In this document: piece after piece, positions 10,028-19,053 of the stretch
How positions within the stretch are numbered: the stretch's first letter is position 1
Layout of the letters: each line of letters starts with the position of its first letter
Assembly: GCA_963772835.1 (NCBI GenBank)
Contig: CAVYYZ010000008.1
Span: 256,001-320,000, forward strand
Length of the DNA stretch: 64,000 bases
From: an uncultured delta proteobacterium
Lineage (GTDB): Bacteria > Desulfobacterota > Desulfuromonadia > Geobacterales > Pseudopelobacteraceae
Direction of reading: 5' to 3'
Program-made: the position numbers and the translations under genes
Notes under the pieces: generated by a model
Told to the model about the DNA's origin: nothing
The model's database searches: none
What the model saw: only the letters and a program-made list of their open reading frames with translations

Positions 10028-10327
10028 TTAGTCAAACAGCTCAGATATCCATGACTTTTTCCTGTACTGGCCGTTCTGACCATACCTATGATCATCGTGA
10101 TGCTGCTTTCCATGCTGTTGCTGCGTGTGGCCGGTTTGCAGGAACTGAGGCTGGATTTGCGTTTGGGGTTGGGTATACGCCGCTGTCTGGGCATCAGACC
10201 GTTCGATGATTTTATCCAGTTCCCCCCGGTCAAGCCAGACACCCCGGCATTCCGGGCAGTAATCGATTTCAACTCCCTGTCGTTCTGCAATTTTAAGATC
10301 TATTCCTGCGCATACGGGGCATTTCAT
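10028..10327 (-). CDS. zf-TFIIB-type zinc-ribbon protein
   Basis: MKCPVC...GVEIDYCPECRGVWLDRGEL and C-terminal KKSWISELFD; AGGAG RBS before ATG 10327. Confidence 0.88.
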   Translation of the reverse strand: MKCPVCAGIDLKIAERQGVEIDYCPECRGVWLDRGELDKIIERSDAQTAAYTQPQTQIQPQFLQTGHTQQQHGKQHHDDHRYGQNGQYRKKSWISELFD

Positions 10328-10510
10328 TTCGGTTTCTCCTATAGGTCCGGTTGTACGCACATGACTCGCTAGAGCCCGGTAATGCCGCGCTCCGTGTACA
10401 TGGCGCAAATAATAATACACCATCAACATTCATTGCGGTGGATGCGCGGTGAAGTCATTAATGTGAGGAATATCAGTCGTTCAATTGGTGATAGAGTGCT
10501 TTGAGCCGAT

Positions 10511-10819
10511 TCAGGAAATGCTTTGAGGGGGGACAAATATCGGTCTAATGACATTTGGAAGTTTTTGATACCGCTCTCTCGGTATAATTACCGAAACAAG
10601 TGGAGCATAGATAACAGCTATTCCGGAGTGAAGGTTGATGTACTCTGCACAACAGACGGTCAAATCGCAGCCGTCGGCGTCCTGATGGTGTGAGTGGCTT
10701 GATGTACCGGAAGTGTCTATGGTATCAGCGTTACCCATGCAGGAATCACAGGGGTGGTCAAAACAAGCCAGCGGCTGAAGAAGAAACATCAGCAGGATAA
10801 TCAGGGACACTGTTTTCAT
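10511..10819 (-). CDS. Small exported Cys/His-rich protein ending IFVPPQ (DUF2946/CzcI-like architecture)
   Basis: ATG 10819: hydrophobic signal, HPCDSC, HSHHQDADGC..CC, and C-terminal PIFVPPQ. Confidence 0.65.
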   Translation of the reverse strand: MKTVSLIILLMFLLQPLACFDHPCDSCMGNADTIDTSGTSSHSHHQDADGCDLTVCCAEYINLHSGIAVIYAPLVSVIIPRERYQKLPNVIRPIFVPPQSIS

Positions 10820-10874
10820 ATGCCTATCCAGGTACAGGGTCAGGAGCAAAAACCGGGAAGACCCGGCCCCGGCT

Positions 10875-11255
10875 TTATTCCAGCATCTTCGCATTAACGG
10901 CAAAATATTCCGATTCTCCAAAACAGGTTGTGGGGATTCCTTTGTGCTGTTCGTAGAAGAGCGAAACCTTCTTGCCCATGGCCGAATTAAGTTTGTTGAT
11001 AACCGTCTTATCGCGTACCGAAAAGATGAATTTTTCCGGTATTGCACCCGGTACCGGCAGCATCTGCAGCTCCCCTTCCCAGGTTTTACAGAGCCACCCT
11101 TTCTCTGAAAATTTTTGGATGTAGCCGACTCTTTCGCCTTTTGAATAGCTCCAGTTAAGCACAATCATGACATATCCGGTACTGAGAGCTGCTACGGTTA
11201 CAATCAGCAGCAGAGCGATTCCAATTACCTTCTTCTTTATTTCCCCGGCTGTCAT
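10875..11255 (-). CDS. Conserved hypothetical single-pass membrane protein
   Basis: TM helix followed by YSKGERVGYIQKFSEKGWLCKTWEGEL; GGAGG RBS before ATG 11255. Confidence 0.75.
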   Translation of the reverse strand: MTAGEIKKKVIGIALLLIVTVAALSTGYVMIVLNWSYSKGERVGYIQKFSEKGWLCKTWEGELQMLPVPGAIPEKFIFSVRDKTVINKLNSAMGKKVSLFYEQHKGIPTTCFGESEYFAVNAKMLE

Positions 11256-11610
11256 TCGTCCTCCGTTACGATACTTGAAACCAACGTGACAGAGGTATCC
11301 TGCCACCCGTTATTGTTCGCCAACATTCCCTGGCATTCCACCGGGCACTGAGCCACGTAGCCAGCCACTGTACCACAAGATATTATACAAGGATCCTTTT
11401 TTTTGGCAGCAGCAGGAAATTAATAAGTGCCGGCCTCCAGTGAATTCAGGCCCTGTCAAATGCTTTATTCGAAGTGGTATGGGTTTCCCGAACGGCATGG
11501 CGCCGGAGTCGGCCCGGGGTACATTCACAATATTGATTGATTGATCGTCGGATTCAATGTAGACCTTGAGCTGGACAGCCTGAGCATAATACCACGGAGG
11601 TCTCGCGACC

Positions 11611-12684
11611 ATGGATCGTACTTTGTTCACAACACTGCTGGTGTACACCTTTACCCTGGTGCTCCTGTATCTGCTGTACTCCGTTCTCTCCCCTTTCCTT
11701 GCGGCACTGGTATGGGCCGGTGCAATAGGCGTCATCACACAGCCGCTCTATGAAAAAGTGCTCTACCGCTGTAAGGGGAATGGGATAGCCGCTTCCGCGC
11801 TGCTGACAGTGACCGTTGTCCTGGCTGCCATACTCCCGCTGGTTGGTCTGATATTCTCCCTTTCACGAGAAGCGTCTCTGGCGTATCAATACCTTGAGAG
11901 CTCGGCAGCAGGAGGCTCTGCAGCTGCCTTTGGTGATATGTTGAATCATCCATCGATCATTCCCTGGATTGACTGGATCAGGCCGGTGTCCAGCTCTCTT
12001 GGCCTGGATCTGGATGCCATGCTGCTTCCGGCGGTAAAAAAAGGGATTGCCATAATGCTGGATTATTCGACGGGAATTGTGAAAAATTTTCTCGGATTCC
12101 TGGTTAAACTGGTTCTGATGGTAATCGCTCTTTTTTTTATATACCTGGACGGAGCGAGATTTGTTCGCCGTTTCTGGCTTGTTGTTGCTATAAGAGATGA
12201 CCTCAGGACAACTATCATCGATACGATTACCCGGGTAATGGGCGCAGTTATGTACGGGATCGTTCTGACATGCCTGGTGCAGGGTGCACTGGGAGGCCTT
12301 GGGTTCTGGGTTGCCGGACTTCCTTCTCCGATAATGTTCGGGGCATTGATGTCAATATGTGCCATGATACCGATAATAGGGACCGCCATTATCTGGCTAC
12401 CAGGATCGATTTACCTGCTGATGCAGGGGCAGACAATGCATGGTCTGCTGCTGATCGTCTGGGGCATCGTGGCCGTCAGCAGCATTGACAACATTATTCG
12501 CCCCCTGTTTATCAGCGGTAAATCCCGGCTCCACATTTTGATCATAATGCTCGGAGTGCTTGGCGGAATACTGGCTTTCGGGGTTTCCGGAGTGGTCGCG
12601 GGGCCGGTAATTCTGGCGCTTGTTGCCGTTTTTTTTGAGGAGTCCAGTCAGAAAACAGTTCATAAGGATCCTCTCGAAACATGA
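11611..12684 (+). CDS. AI-2E family transporter
   Basis: 357 aa polytopic membrane protein with DNIIRP and GVVAGP motifs; GGAGG RBS. Confidence 0.9.
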   Translation: MDRTLFTTLLVYTFTLVLLYLLYSVLSPFLAALVWAGAIGVITQPLYEKVLYRCKGNGIAASALLTVTVVLAAILPLVGLIFSLSREASLAYQYLESSAAGGSAAAFGDMLNHPSIIPWIDWIRPVSSSLGLDLDAMLLPAVKKGIAIMLDYSTGIVKNFLGFLVKLVLMVIALFFIYLDGARFVRRFWLVVAIRDDLRTTIIDTITRVMGAVMYGIVLTCLVQGALGGLGFWVAGLPSPIMFGALMSICAMIPIIGTAIIWLPGSIYLLMQGQTMHGLLLIVWGIVAVSSIDNIIRPLFISGKSRLHILIIMLGVLGGILAFGVSGVVAGPVILALVAVFFEESSQKTVHKDPLET

Positions 12685-13160
12685 CCAAAGAACGATTAAT
12701 AAAGTGCATAATAGCGGCACTTTCTGCCGACCTTGCGGTTTTATCCTCCGCTTCCAGGGCTGCCCATGACGCTGCCACCCACTCAGAATGTCTTCCTGAC
12801 AACAGGTACGATACCACTGCACTCGAGGCTTCCTACATCGCACAGGGGCAGGCAAATCGTGCTCAGGAAATCCGGGCGGCATTGGAAAATTACCGTACCC
12901 TGACTCTGTATGATTTTAACGATGATACTCCGATTCGGCTGACCGCCCTGATTGTTCTGGAAAGCGCGGAGGGAAAAGTCCGGCGTTTTTTTCTCGGCCC
13001 ACAGGCCGGGGGGTTAAAAATTGCCGATGGCAGCGGGGACATTGTGATTATTACACCTGGTTCTCCCCTGGGTCGTTCTCTTCTGGGATTACGCTCCGGA
13101 GATGAAGTGAATGCCGGCGATGATACCTCTGCACTGTTTACCATTGTTGAGGTCAGCTGA
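12681..13160 (+). CDS. GreA/GreB-family protein
   Basis: NRYDT..LEASY coiled coil and C-terminal ITPGSPLGRSLLG...GDEV. Confidence 0.82.
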   Translation: MTKERLIKCIIAALSADLAVLSSASRAAHDAATHSECLPDNRYDTTALEASYIAQGQANRAQEIRAALENYRTLTLYDFNDDTPIRLTALIVLESAEGKVRRFFLGPQAGGLKIADGSGDIVIITPGSPLGRSLLGLRSGDEVNAGDDTSALFTIVEVS

Positions 13161-13166
13161 TAACGT

Positions 13167-13673
13167 ATGAATAATGACATTAAAATTACGCTGCTAACCC
13201 ATTCCAAAGAGTTCGGAAAACGATCCAATACCGGGCGCCTGGTGGTTGACGTTCTGGGGAATGCCGCCGAGCAGGTCCGGTGGGATAGAATTAATCCACC
13301 TGTACGACTTGTCGAGGCGATCGAAGCCGGTGGTGTGGCTCTGATCTACCCCGGAGCGCCAGATGAGACTGATGGCGACCTCAGCTGTATTTCGGAGTTT
13401 GTAATTATTGACAGTACATGGCACGAAGCTCGCAAAATTCATCAACGAAGTCCCTATCTGCAAAAAATTCGCCGCATCTCACTGACGACAGTCGAGAAAT
13501 CAGTGTACAACCTTAGAAAAAATCAGAAAGAATCCGGTTTGTGTACGGCAGAATGTGCCATTGAAGTACTGCGGCTCTCGGGGAATAGTGCGGAGGCGGC
13601 GCTACTGCTGGAACGTTTCCTGGCTTTCATAAGACCGCCAGGGGTAATGCGGGGAGCGGTGCCGGGGCACTAG
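13167..13673 (+). CDS. DTW-domain protein (tRNA-uridine aminocarboxypropyltransferase-like)
   Basis: H..E..K.SNTG, IDSTW (DXTW) and LCTAE motifs. Confidence 0.85.
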   Translation: MNNDIKITLLTHSKEFGKRSNTGRLVVDVLGNAAEQVRWDRINPPVRLVEAIEAGGVALIYPGAPDETDGDLSCISEFVIIDSTWHEARKIHQRSPYLQKIRRISLTTVEKSVYNLRKNQKESGLCTAECAIEVLRLSGNSAEAALLLERFLAFIRPPGVMRGAVPGH

Positions 13674-13722
13674 CATGGGATCAGATGTCTTTGCGTTTAA
13701 AAGCAAATCTGAACGACGTTTT

Positions 13723-14321
13723 TCAGGCTTTGAACCTGCTCTCATTTCCGGAAATCAGCCGCCTGATATTTTCATGATGGCGGAAAATGACGATTACTGC
13801 AATCACGAGAGTTACTATCGTGATTACTCTGCTTCCCCCCGTAAAAAAGACCGCCAGTGGCATGGCGGCGGCGGCGGCGATCGACCCGAGTGAAACATAG
13901 CGCCAGATGACCATCAAAACGGCAAACAGCGCCACTGCAATTATAACTGCCTGAGGTGCCAGTGCTAAAAAAACTCCCAGCGCAGTGGCGACCCCTTTTC
14001 CCCCCTGAATTTGAGAAAAACAGAAAAAACGTGTCCACAAAATGCGGCAAGCCCGACCCAGGCGGAGAATTCAGGAGGGAGTGTGCTGAATTTAACGAGG
14101 ATAACGGGGATCAGTCCCTTCAAACAGTCGCCGATTAATGTAATAATGCCGACCGTCCGTCCGACCGTTCTGTACAGATTGGTCGCGCCGATATTGCCGC
14201 TCCCCTCCTTGCGGACATCTATCCCGTACGCTTTGCCGAGCAGAAGCCCGGTGGGGATCGACCCGATCAGGTAGGCTGACATGATAAGCAGTGCTAAAAT
14301 GATGGTCTGGTCTCCTGTCAC
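13723..14321 (-). CDS. plsY: Glycerol-3-phosphate acyltransferase PlsY, with an apparent -1 frameshift at ~14000-14005
   Basis: YLIGSIP and GSGNIGATN in the 5' ORF; GGKGVAT, YVSLGS and RHHENI in the 3' ORF. Adding one base to the C6 run joins them. Confidence 0.9.
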
Positions 14322-14324
14322 GAT

Positions 14325-14735
14325 TTATATCCCTGCAATGATTTTCCAACCTTCAGGTTCTTTTGCAAGCTGGAGGTGGTCGGTGCCATTCAGGGACATT
14401 TCTTTTCCCCGCGCCCGGATTTTCATGCGGTAGCTGCCGGTCGACTCGGCGTGGTTGCCGTCAACGGTTATTGCCGGTGTGTCCGGTTCGTACCTGATGT
14501 ACTCAAAATCCCTGAAATTCTTTTCCAGGCTCTCTTTAAGCTGGGCAAACCGTTTGTCCTTATCGTCGTAGTTTATAGATACAACGGAGAGGTATTGCGT
14601 CATATCCATCGAATTCAAAGCACTGGTACGGGTAGCAAGGGTTTTACGTATCTCATGCTGGTCCCGGTTCGAGTCGATGCATCCTGATGCCGGAAGAAGT
14701 AACAGACAGAGTATACCGGGCAGCCAGCCTTTCAC
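14325..14735 (-). CDS. NTF2/SnoaL-like fold lipoprotein
   Basis: Lipobox ASGC; ends LAKEPEGWKII, typical of NTF2-like domains. Confidence 0.7.
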   Translation of the reverse strand: MKGWLPGILCLLLLPASGCIDSNRDQHEIRKTLATRTSALNSMDMTQYLSVVSINYDDKDKRFAQLKESLEKNFRDFEYIRYEPDTPAITVDGNHAESTGSYRMKIRARGKEMSLNGTDHLQLAKEPEGWKIIAGI

Positions 14736-15478
14736 TAAAAGAATGAATCCATGGCTTTGTTGGCATCAGCGATATATGCGCTGCCGGGGAATTCACGGGC
14801 CAGCTGACCGAATATCTCCCGCCCTTTTGCTTTCTGACCATCCTCCAGATATGCTCTGCCAAGATAATACAAAACTTCATCGCGCCGGGCAGAGTCGGAG
14901 AACATTTTCAGAGATTCCTCAAACCGGCCGATTGCAGCCTTATAGGCATCGGTTTTTAAATAAAAGCGGCCGACATACAGCTCATACTCAAGCTGTTTGT
15001 CACGGCACTCCCGCCGCTTCTCCTGGACTTCTGCCAGCTGGGCTCCGGTCGGGTAGAGTTTTACATAGGAATCAAAGGTATTTTGCGCATTTTTTACCGG
15101 AGTCTGGTCGGTGTCTATGCCGTGAATCTGATTGAAATAACTCATCCCCTGCCGATACAGCGCAAAATCAGCCTGCGGGTGCTTCGGGTGCAGTTTCCGG
15201 AAATCTTCATATCCGGCTGCTGCTTCGATATAATCCTTATTCAGGAAATAGGCGTCGGCAATATTAAGCTCGGCCTTTGTCGAAAGTTCAGGGGATTGAT
15301 ACGTTTCTTTCACTTTTTTCCATTGAGCGATCGCATCTTCATATTTTTCGTCCTGATAGAACTGTTCACCCTCTTTAAAGAGCACATCAGCCGGTTTGAT
15401 CACCTGCGGTGTGGAACAGCCCTGAAAAAGTGCTGACGCTAGAATGAGAGTGACGACCAGTTTTGCAGTTGTTTTCAT
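14735..15478 (-). CDS. bamD: Outer membrane protein assembly factor BamD
   Basis: Lipobox FQGC, TPR helices, HPKH..ADFALY, DTDQT and E.YVGRFY motifs. Confidence 0.92.
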   Translation of the reverse strand: MKTTAKLVVTLILASALFQGCSTPQVIKPADVLFKEGEQFYQDEKYEDAIAQWKKVKETYQSPELSTKAELNIADAYFLNKDYIEAAAGYEDFRKLHPKHPQADFALYRQGMSYFNQIHGIDTDQTPVKNAQNTFDSYVKLYPTGAQLAEVQEKRRECRDKQLEYELYVGRFYLKTDAYKAAIGRFEESLKMFSDSARRDEVLYYLGRAYLEDGQKAKGREIFGQLAREFPGSAYIADANKAMDSFF

Positions 15479-15503
15479 ACGGATCCTTTTTTTGCGATAT
15501 CAG

Positions 15504-16832
15504 TTAAACGATGCCCACACCGCGTTTGTCTGCCAGCAGTCGGCCGATTATGTCATGATTAAGCCATAGTGTCGCTGACCCTGGATTCCATGAACTGTGC
15601 AGCATCAGGCGTCCTGTTGAAAGAAATACTATTCTGGATAATTCAGCGCAGACCAGTTGCTTCTGGTCGGCATGCATCTCCATCAATTCTGCAGAGGCAG
15701 CCAGCATCAGTTCGGCCTGTTCGCGGGTGTTGTGCTGCGGCCAGGTAGAAAAATCCTCAATTTCGTCCAGGATCGGAGAGGAGAGGTAGCGGTCGGCACG
15801 CTTCAGAAGGTTGGTAACCGTTTCTCCCTCCTTCAGCATTGACTGGCATCGTGTCTCAAGCGTCGCGGCAATCTGTTCTCCGGCTTCACGGCGTATTGCG
15901 CTCAAAAGCGGATAGAGCGATATTTCGACTCCGAGAAACAGCGCACTTGAATTGGTCTGGATTTCCGGGCAGTTGAACACAGTTGCCGTAATCCCCTGTG
16001 AAGTAGCTTCGGCGGCAATATCTTCGAGGCGCATCTTCGCGATACCTTGCACATAGGGAGTGTAGGATTGCCAGCGGTACTCGCCGTTTACCAGAACGCC
16101 GGTACCGTGATAGCCGTAGGCGGAGTAACAGACCCGGGCTCCGGCACCTGCATTGCGTTCGCGAAGAGATGCGGTATTTTCAATCAGATAACGAAAGGTG
16201 TCAGCAGTGACTTCATTGAAGCTGGTGTTGCAGAGCTCACCTAGCGGACTGTTCCAGAATACTTCCGATGCCAGATACTTGTCGCCGGTACCTTTAAAAA
16301 TCCTGTTCAGGAGCGGCATGAAAACGCGGGCCCGGGGGATACCGCCTGCCATGGAATGAGCCAGGAGAATATTGGCATCCGTCGGTATGAGTTTGAGCAG
16401 TGTTGCTTCCATTTGCGCCAGATGAGAGCAAAACCGTGCCCTCCCGGCGGCGTGGGCTTTTTCGACACTCCCTTCAATAAAACTGATGGTGGCCAAATCG
16501 TCAGGGCGGGCTTTTTTCAGCTGTTCAGCCACTGAGGGGACTCCGTCAACGCTCTCCATATCAAAACCGGCTTCCAGCGGGATGTTGATGATCGCTCCCC
16601 CCAGAAGTGTTTCTGCTTCCGACAATTCTTCGGCATTCAGCTGCCTCAGTGTCCCGTCACTATCCCTGCGTCCGACCGTTGTGCCGATAACGGTCATGCC
16701 GATCCGTTTGGCTTCGTCAACCAGGCCGTTTGCATAGCCGCGTCCGAATAGCTCTCCTACTAATACAAGCACGTCGCCGGCTTTGTATCCTGCCGTATCA
16801 GGTAGCTGCTGCAGTGGTCTGTATTCTGTCAT
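15504..16832 (-). CDS. Probable FabMG-family enoyl-ACP reductase
   Basis: Rossmann-like start GDVLVLVGELFGRGYANG, plus H.MAGG.P, YSAYGYHGT and WQSYTPY..G.AK. Family recalled from memory, not searched; start at ATG 16832. Confidence 0.6.
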   Translation of the reverse strand: MTEYRPLQQLPDTAGYKAGDVLVLVGELFGRGYANGLVDEAKRIGMTVIGTTVGRRDSDGTLRQLNAEELSEAETLLGGAIINIPLEAGFDMESVDGVPSVAEQLKKARPDDLATISFIEGSVEKAHAAGRARFCSHLAQMEATLLKLIPTDANILLAHSMAGGIPRARVFMPLLNRIFKGTGDKYLASEVFWNSPLGELCNTSFNEVTADTFRYLIENTASLRERNAGAGARVCYSAYGYHGTGVLVNGEYRWQSYTPYVQGIAKMRLEDIAAEATSQGITATVFNCPEIQTNSSALFLGVEISLYPLLSAIRREAGEQIAATLETRCQSMLKEGETVTNLLKRADRYLSSPILDEIEDFSTWPQHNTREQAELMLAASAELMEMHADQKQLVCAELSRIVFLSTGRLMLHSSWNPGSATLWLNHDIIGRLLADKRGVGIV

Positions 16833-16965
16833 ATAATCTCCTGAATTCGATAAAATAAGCCTCCTTTTTAGCATAAACAGCACTGTCATGTGAACATAAA
16901 AAGCTGCAGTGACATATGGCGTGTTTCATGCTAGTGTGGATCAAATATTCTGGAGACCAATTCGC

Positions 16966-17979
16966 GTGAATAATGACCTGATTCTTCTTGGCCACGGCAG
17001 CGGCGGCCGACTTTCGCACCAACTGCTTGATGAACTGATCATACCGATTGTGAGCGGGATTCCGGCCTCGGGACAGAACGATGCCGCCTTGCTGGAGCCA
17101 GTTCCCGGGCGGATAGCCTTTACGACCGACTCTTTTGTCGTGGATCCGATATTTTTCCCGGGCGGAACCATCGGCAGCCTGGCTGTGCACGGCACTGTCA
17201 ACGACCTGGCAATGATGGGTGCCAGGCCGCTCTGGCTGAGTGTCGGACTTATTATTGAAGAGGGTTTCAGTAAAAGTGATCTGAAGGTCATACTGGAAGA
17301 TATGCGCTTTGCGGCAGATGCTGCAGGCGTAACCATCGTTACCGGAGATACCAAAGTCGTGCCGCGCGGCAAGGCGGATAAAATATACATTACGACGTCC
17401 GGCGTCGGTGCCGTCGAACATACGTTTCAGGTCCATGGTGCCAATGCGCAGCCGGGAGATGTGATTATCATTAACGGCACGATCGGTGATCATGGCATTG
17501 CCGTCATGGCGGGGCGTGAAGGGCTTGAGGTCGGGACTGAAATAAAAAGTGATTCTGCCGCATTGAACGGCCTTGTTGCCGATCTTCTTGAGGAAGTCGG
17601 AGCTGCTCTTCATGTTCTGCGCGATCCTACCCGGGGTGGCGTGGCCACCACTATCAAAGAAATTGCCCAGCAATCCGGTGTCGCCATCACACTGAAGGAA
17701 AAGGCGCTGCCGGTTAAACCGGCTGTGCGTGGGGTATGCTCGATTCTGGGACTTGATCCGCTGTTTGTGGCTAATGAGGGGAAACTGTTGGCATTTGTCT
17801 CCGCTGATGCTGCAGAGGCGGCCCTGGCCGTCATCAGGAATCATCCTCTCGGATCGGCAGCTGTTGTCATCGGCACGGTTGAGAACGGTCCGGCCGGACG
17901 TGTGCAGATGGAAACGGTGATTGGCGGTATGCGTTCGGTTGATATGCTCTCTGGGGAACAGTTGCCGAGGATCTGCTGA
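16966..17979 (+). CDS. hypE: Hydrogenase maturation carbamoyl dehydratase HypE
   Basis: HGSGG, FTTDSFVV, GDTKVV, RDPTRGG and ANEG motifs with terminal PRIC; GTG start at 16966. Confidence 0.95.
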   Translation: MNNDLILLGHGSGGRLSHQLLDELIIPIVSGIPASGQNDAALLEPVPGRIAFTTDSFVVDPIFFPGGTIGSLAVHGTVNDLAMMGARPLWLSVGLIIEEGFSKSDLKVILEDMRFAADAAGVTIVTGDTKVVPRGKADKIYITTSGVGAVEHTFQVHGANAQPGDVIIINGTIGDHGIAVMAGREGLEVGTEIKSDSAALNGLVADLLEEVGAALHVLRDPTRGGVATTIKEIAQQSGVAITLKEKALPVKPAVRGVCSILGLDPLFVANEGKLLAFVSADAAEAALAVIRNHPLGSAAVVIGTVENGPAGRVQMETVIGGMRSVDMLSGEQLPRIC

Positions 17980-17980
17980 A

Positions 17981-18463
17981 ATGGCGAAGGAAAAAGTCCC
18001 GGTAACTGCTGCAGTGCGGGCTCTACGTGCCGAGAAGGTTTTTTTTAGTGACCATCCCTATACGTACCAGGAAAAAGGCGGGACCGCTGTTTCTGCTCGT
18101 GAACTCGGAGTTGACGAACATTCCGTCATAAAAACACTGGTAATGGAGGATGAAAACCGTAATTCGCTGATTGTGCTGATGCATGGTGACCGTAAGGTTT
18201 CGACCAAAGAACTGGCGCGAGTGATAGGCGTAAAGCTGGTTTCTCCCTGCACAGTGGAAGAGGCCCATAAACAGAGCGGTTATCTGGTCGGAGGCACATC
18301 GCCGTTCGGAACCCGGTACCGGATGCCGGTTTATATTGAAGAAAGTATCGTCAGTCTACCAAAGATTTATATAAACGGCGGCAAACGGGGGTATCTGGTC
18401 GGGATGGCGCCGGCTGAACTTGTCAGGGTACTGAAGCCGCATCTGGTAACAGTCGGCATATGA
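17981..18463 (+). CDS. ybaK: Cys-tRNA(Pro) deacylase YbaK
   Basis: KTLV, GYLVGGTSPFG and NGGKRG motifs; ATG at 17981. Confidence 0.9.
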   Translation: MAKEKVPVTAAVRALRAEKVFFSDHPYTYQEKGGTAVSARELGVDEHSVIKTLVMEDENRNSLIVLMHGDRKVSTKELARVIGVKLVSPCTVEEAHKQSGYLVGGTSPFGTRYRMPVYIEESIVSLPKIYINGGKRGYLVGMAPAELVRVLKPHLVTVGI

Positions 18464-18548
18464 GGGCCTTGTTACGCATGTTTTTCATCCGGCCGGTCAT
18501 GAGGCTAACGTACAATCCTGGTTATCAGGATCAGAAAAGGGACATGGA

Positions 18549-18998
18549 ATGATCAGGAAAGCACAGATGTCAGATGTTAAGAATATACAGAAGCTATTGA
18601 TGACGTTTGCCAATCGCGGGGACATGCTTTCCCGCTCGTTGTCGGAGCTGTATGAGTCGTTGCGTGATTTCTACGTGATAGAAGAGGAAGGTGTGCTGCT
18701 GGGTGCAGCGGCACTGCATATCGTGTGGGAGGATCTGGCCGAGGTCCGCTCTGTCGCTGTGATGGAAGATGCCGGTCGCAAGGGAATCGGCGGCCGTCTC
18801 GTGCAGGCCTGCATCTCCGAGGCGCGAAACATCGGGTTGAAGCGGATTTTCTGTCTGACGTACAAGCCGGATTTTTTTGCCAAGCATGGCTTTGTTCTTG
18901 TGGATAAGGCCGAGTTGCCGCATAAAGTCTGGGGTGACTGCATAAAATGCCCTAAATTTCCGGATTGTGATGAAAATGCTATGATACTTGACCTTTAG
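18549..18998 (+). CDS. GNAT N-acetyltransferase (short ArgA-like)
   Basis: MLSRSL, LAEVRSVAV, LPHKVWGDC..C...DE.A motifs of short N-acetylglutamate synthase-type GNATs. Confidence 0.8.
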   Translation: MIRKAQMSDVKNIQKLLMTFANRGDMLSRSLSELYESLRDFYVIEEEGVLLGAAALHIVWEDLAEVRSVAVMEDAGRKGIGGRLVQACISEARNIGLKRIFCLTYKPDFFAKHGFVLVDKAELPHKVWGDCIKCPKFPDCDENAMILDL

Positions 18999-19040
18999 AA
19001 CATGAAAGGGCGGCATAAAAGCCGCCCTTTCATGTTCTAA
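18995..19040. terminator. Bidirectional terminator-like hairpin between convergent genes
   Basis: Perfect 20-bp inverted repeat TTAGAACATGAAAGGGCGGC / GCCGCCCTTTCATGTTCTAA with a 6-nt loop. Confidence 0.8.
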
Positions 19041-19053
19041 TATCGCTGAAACT

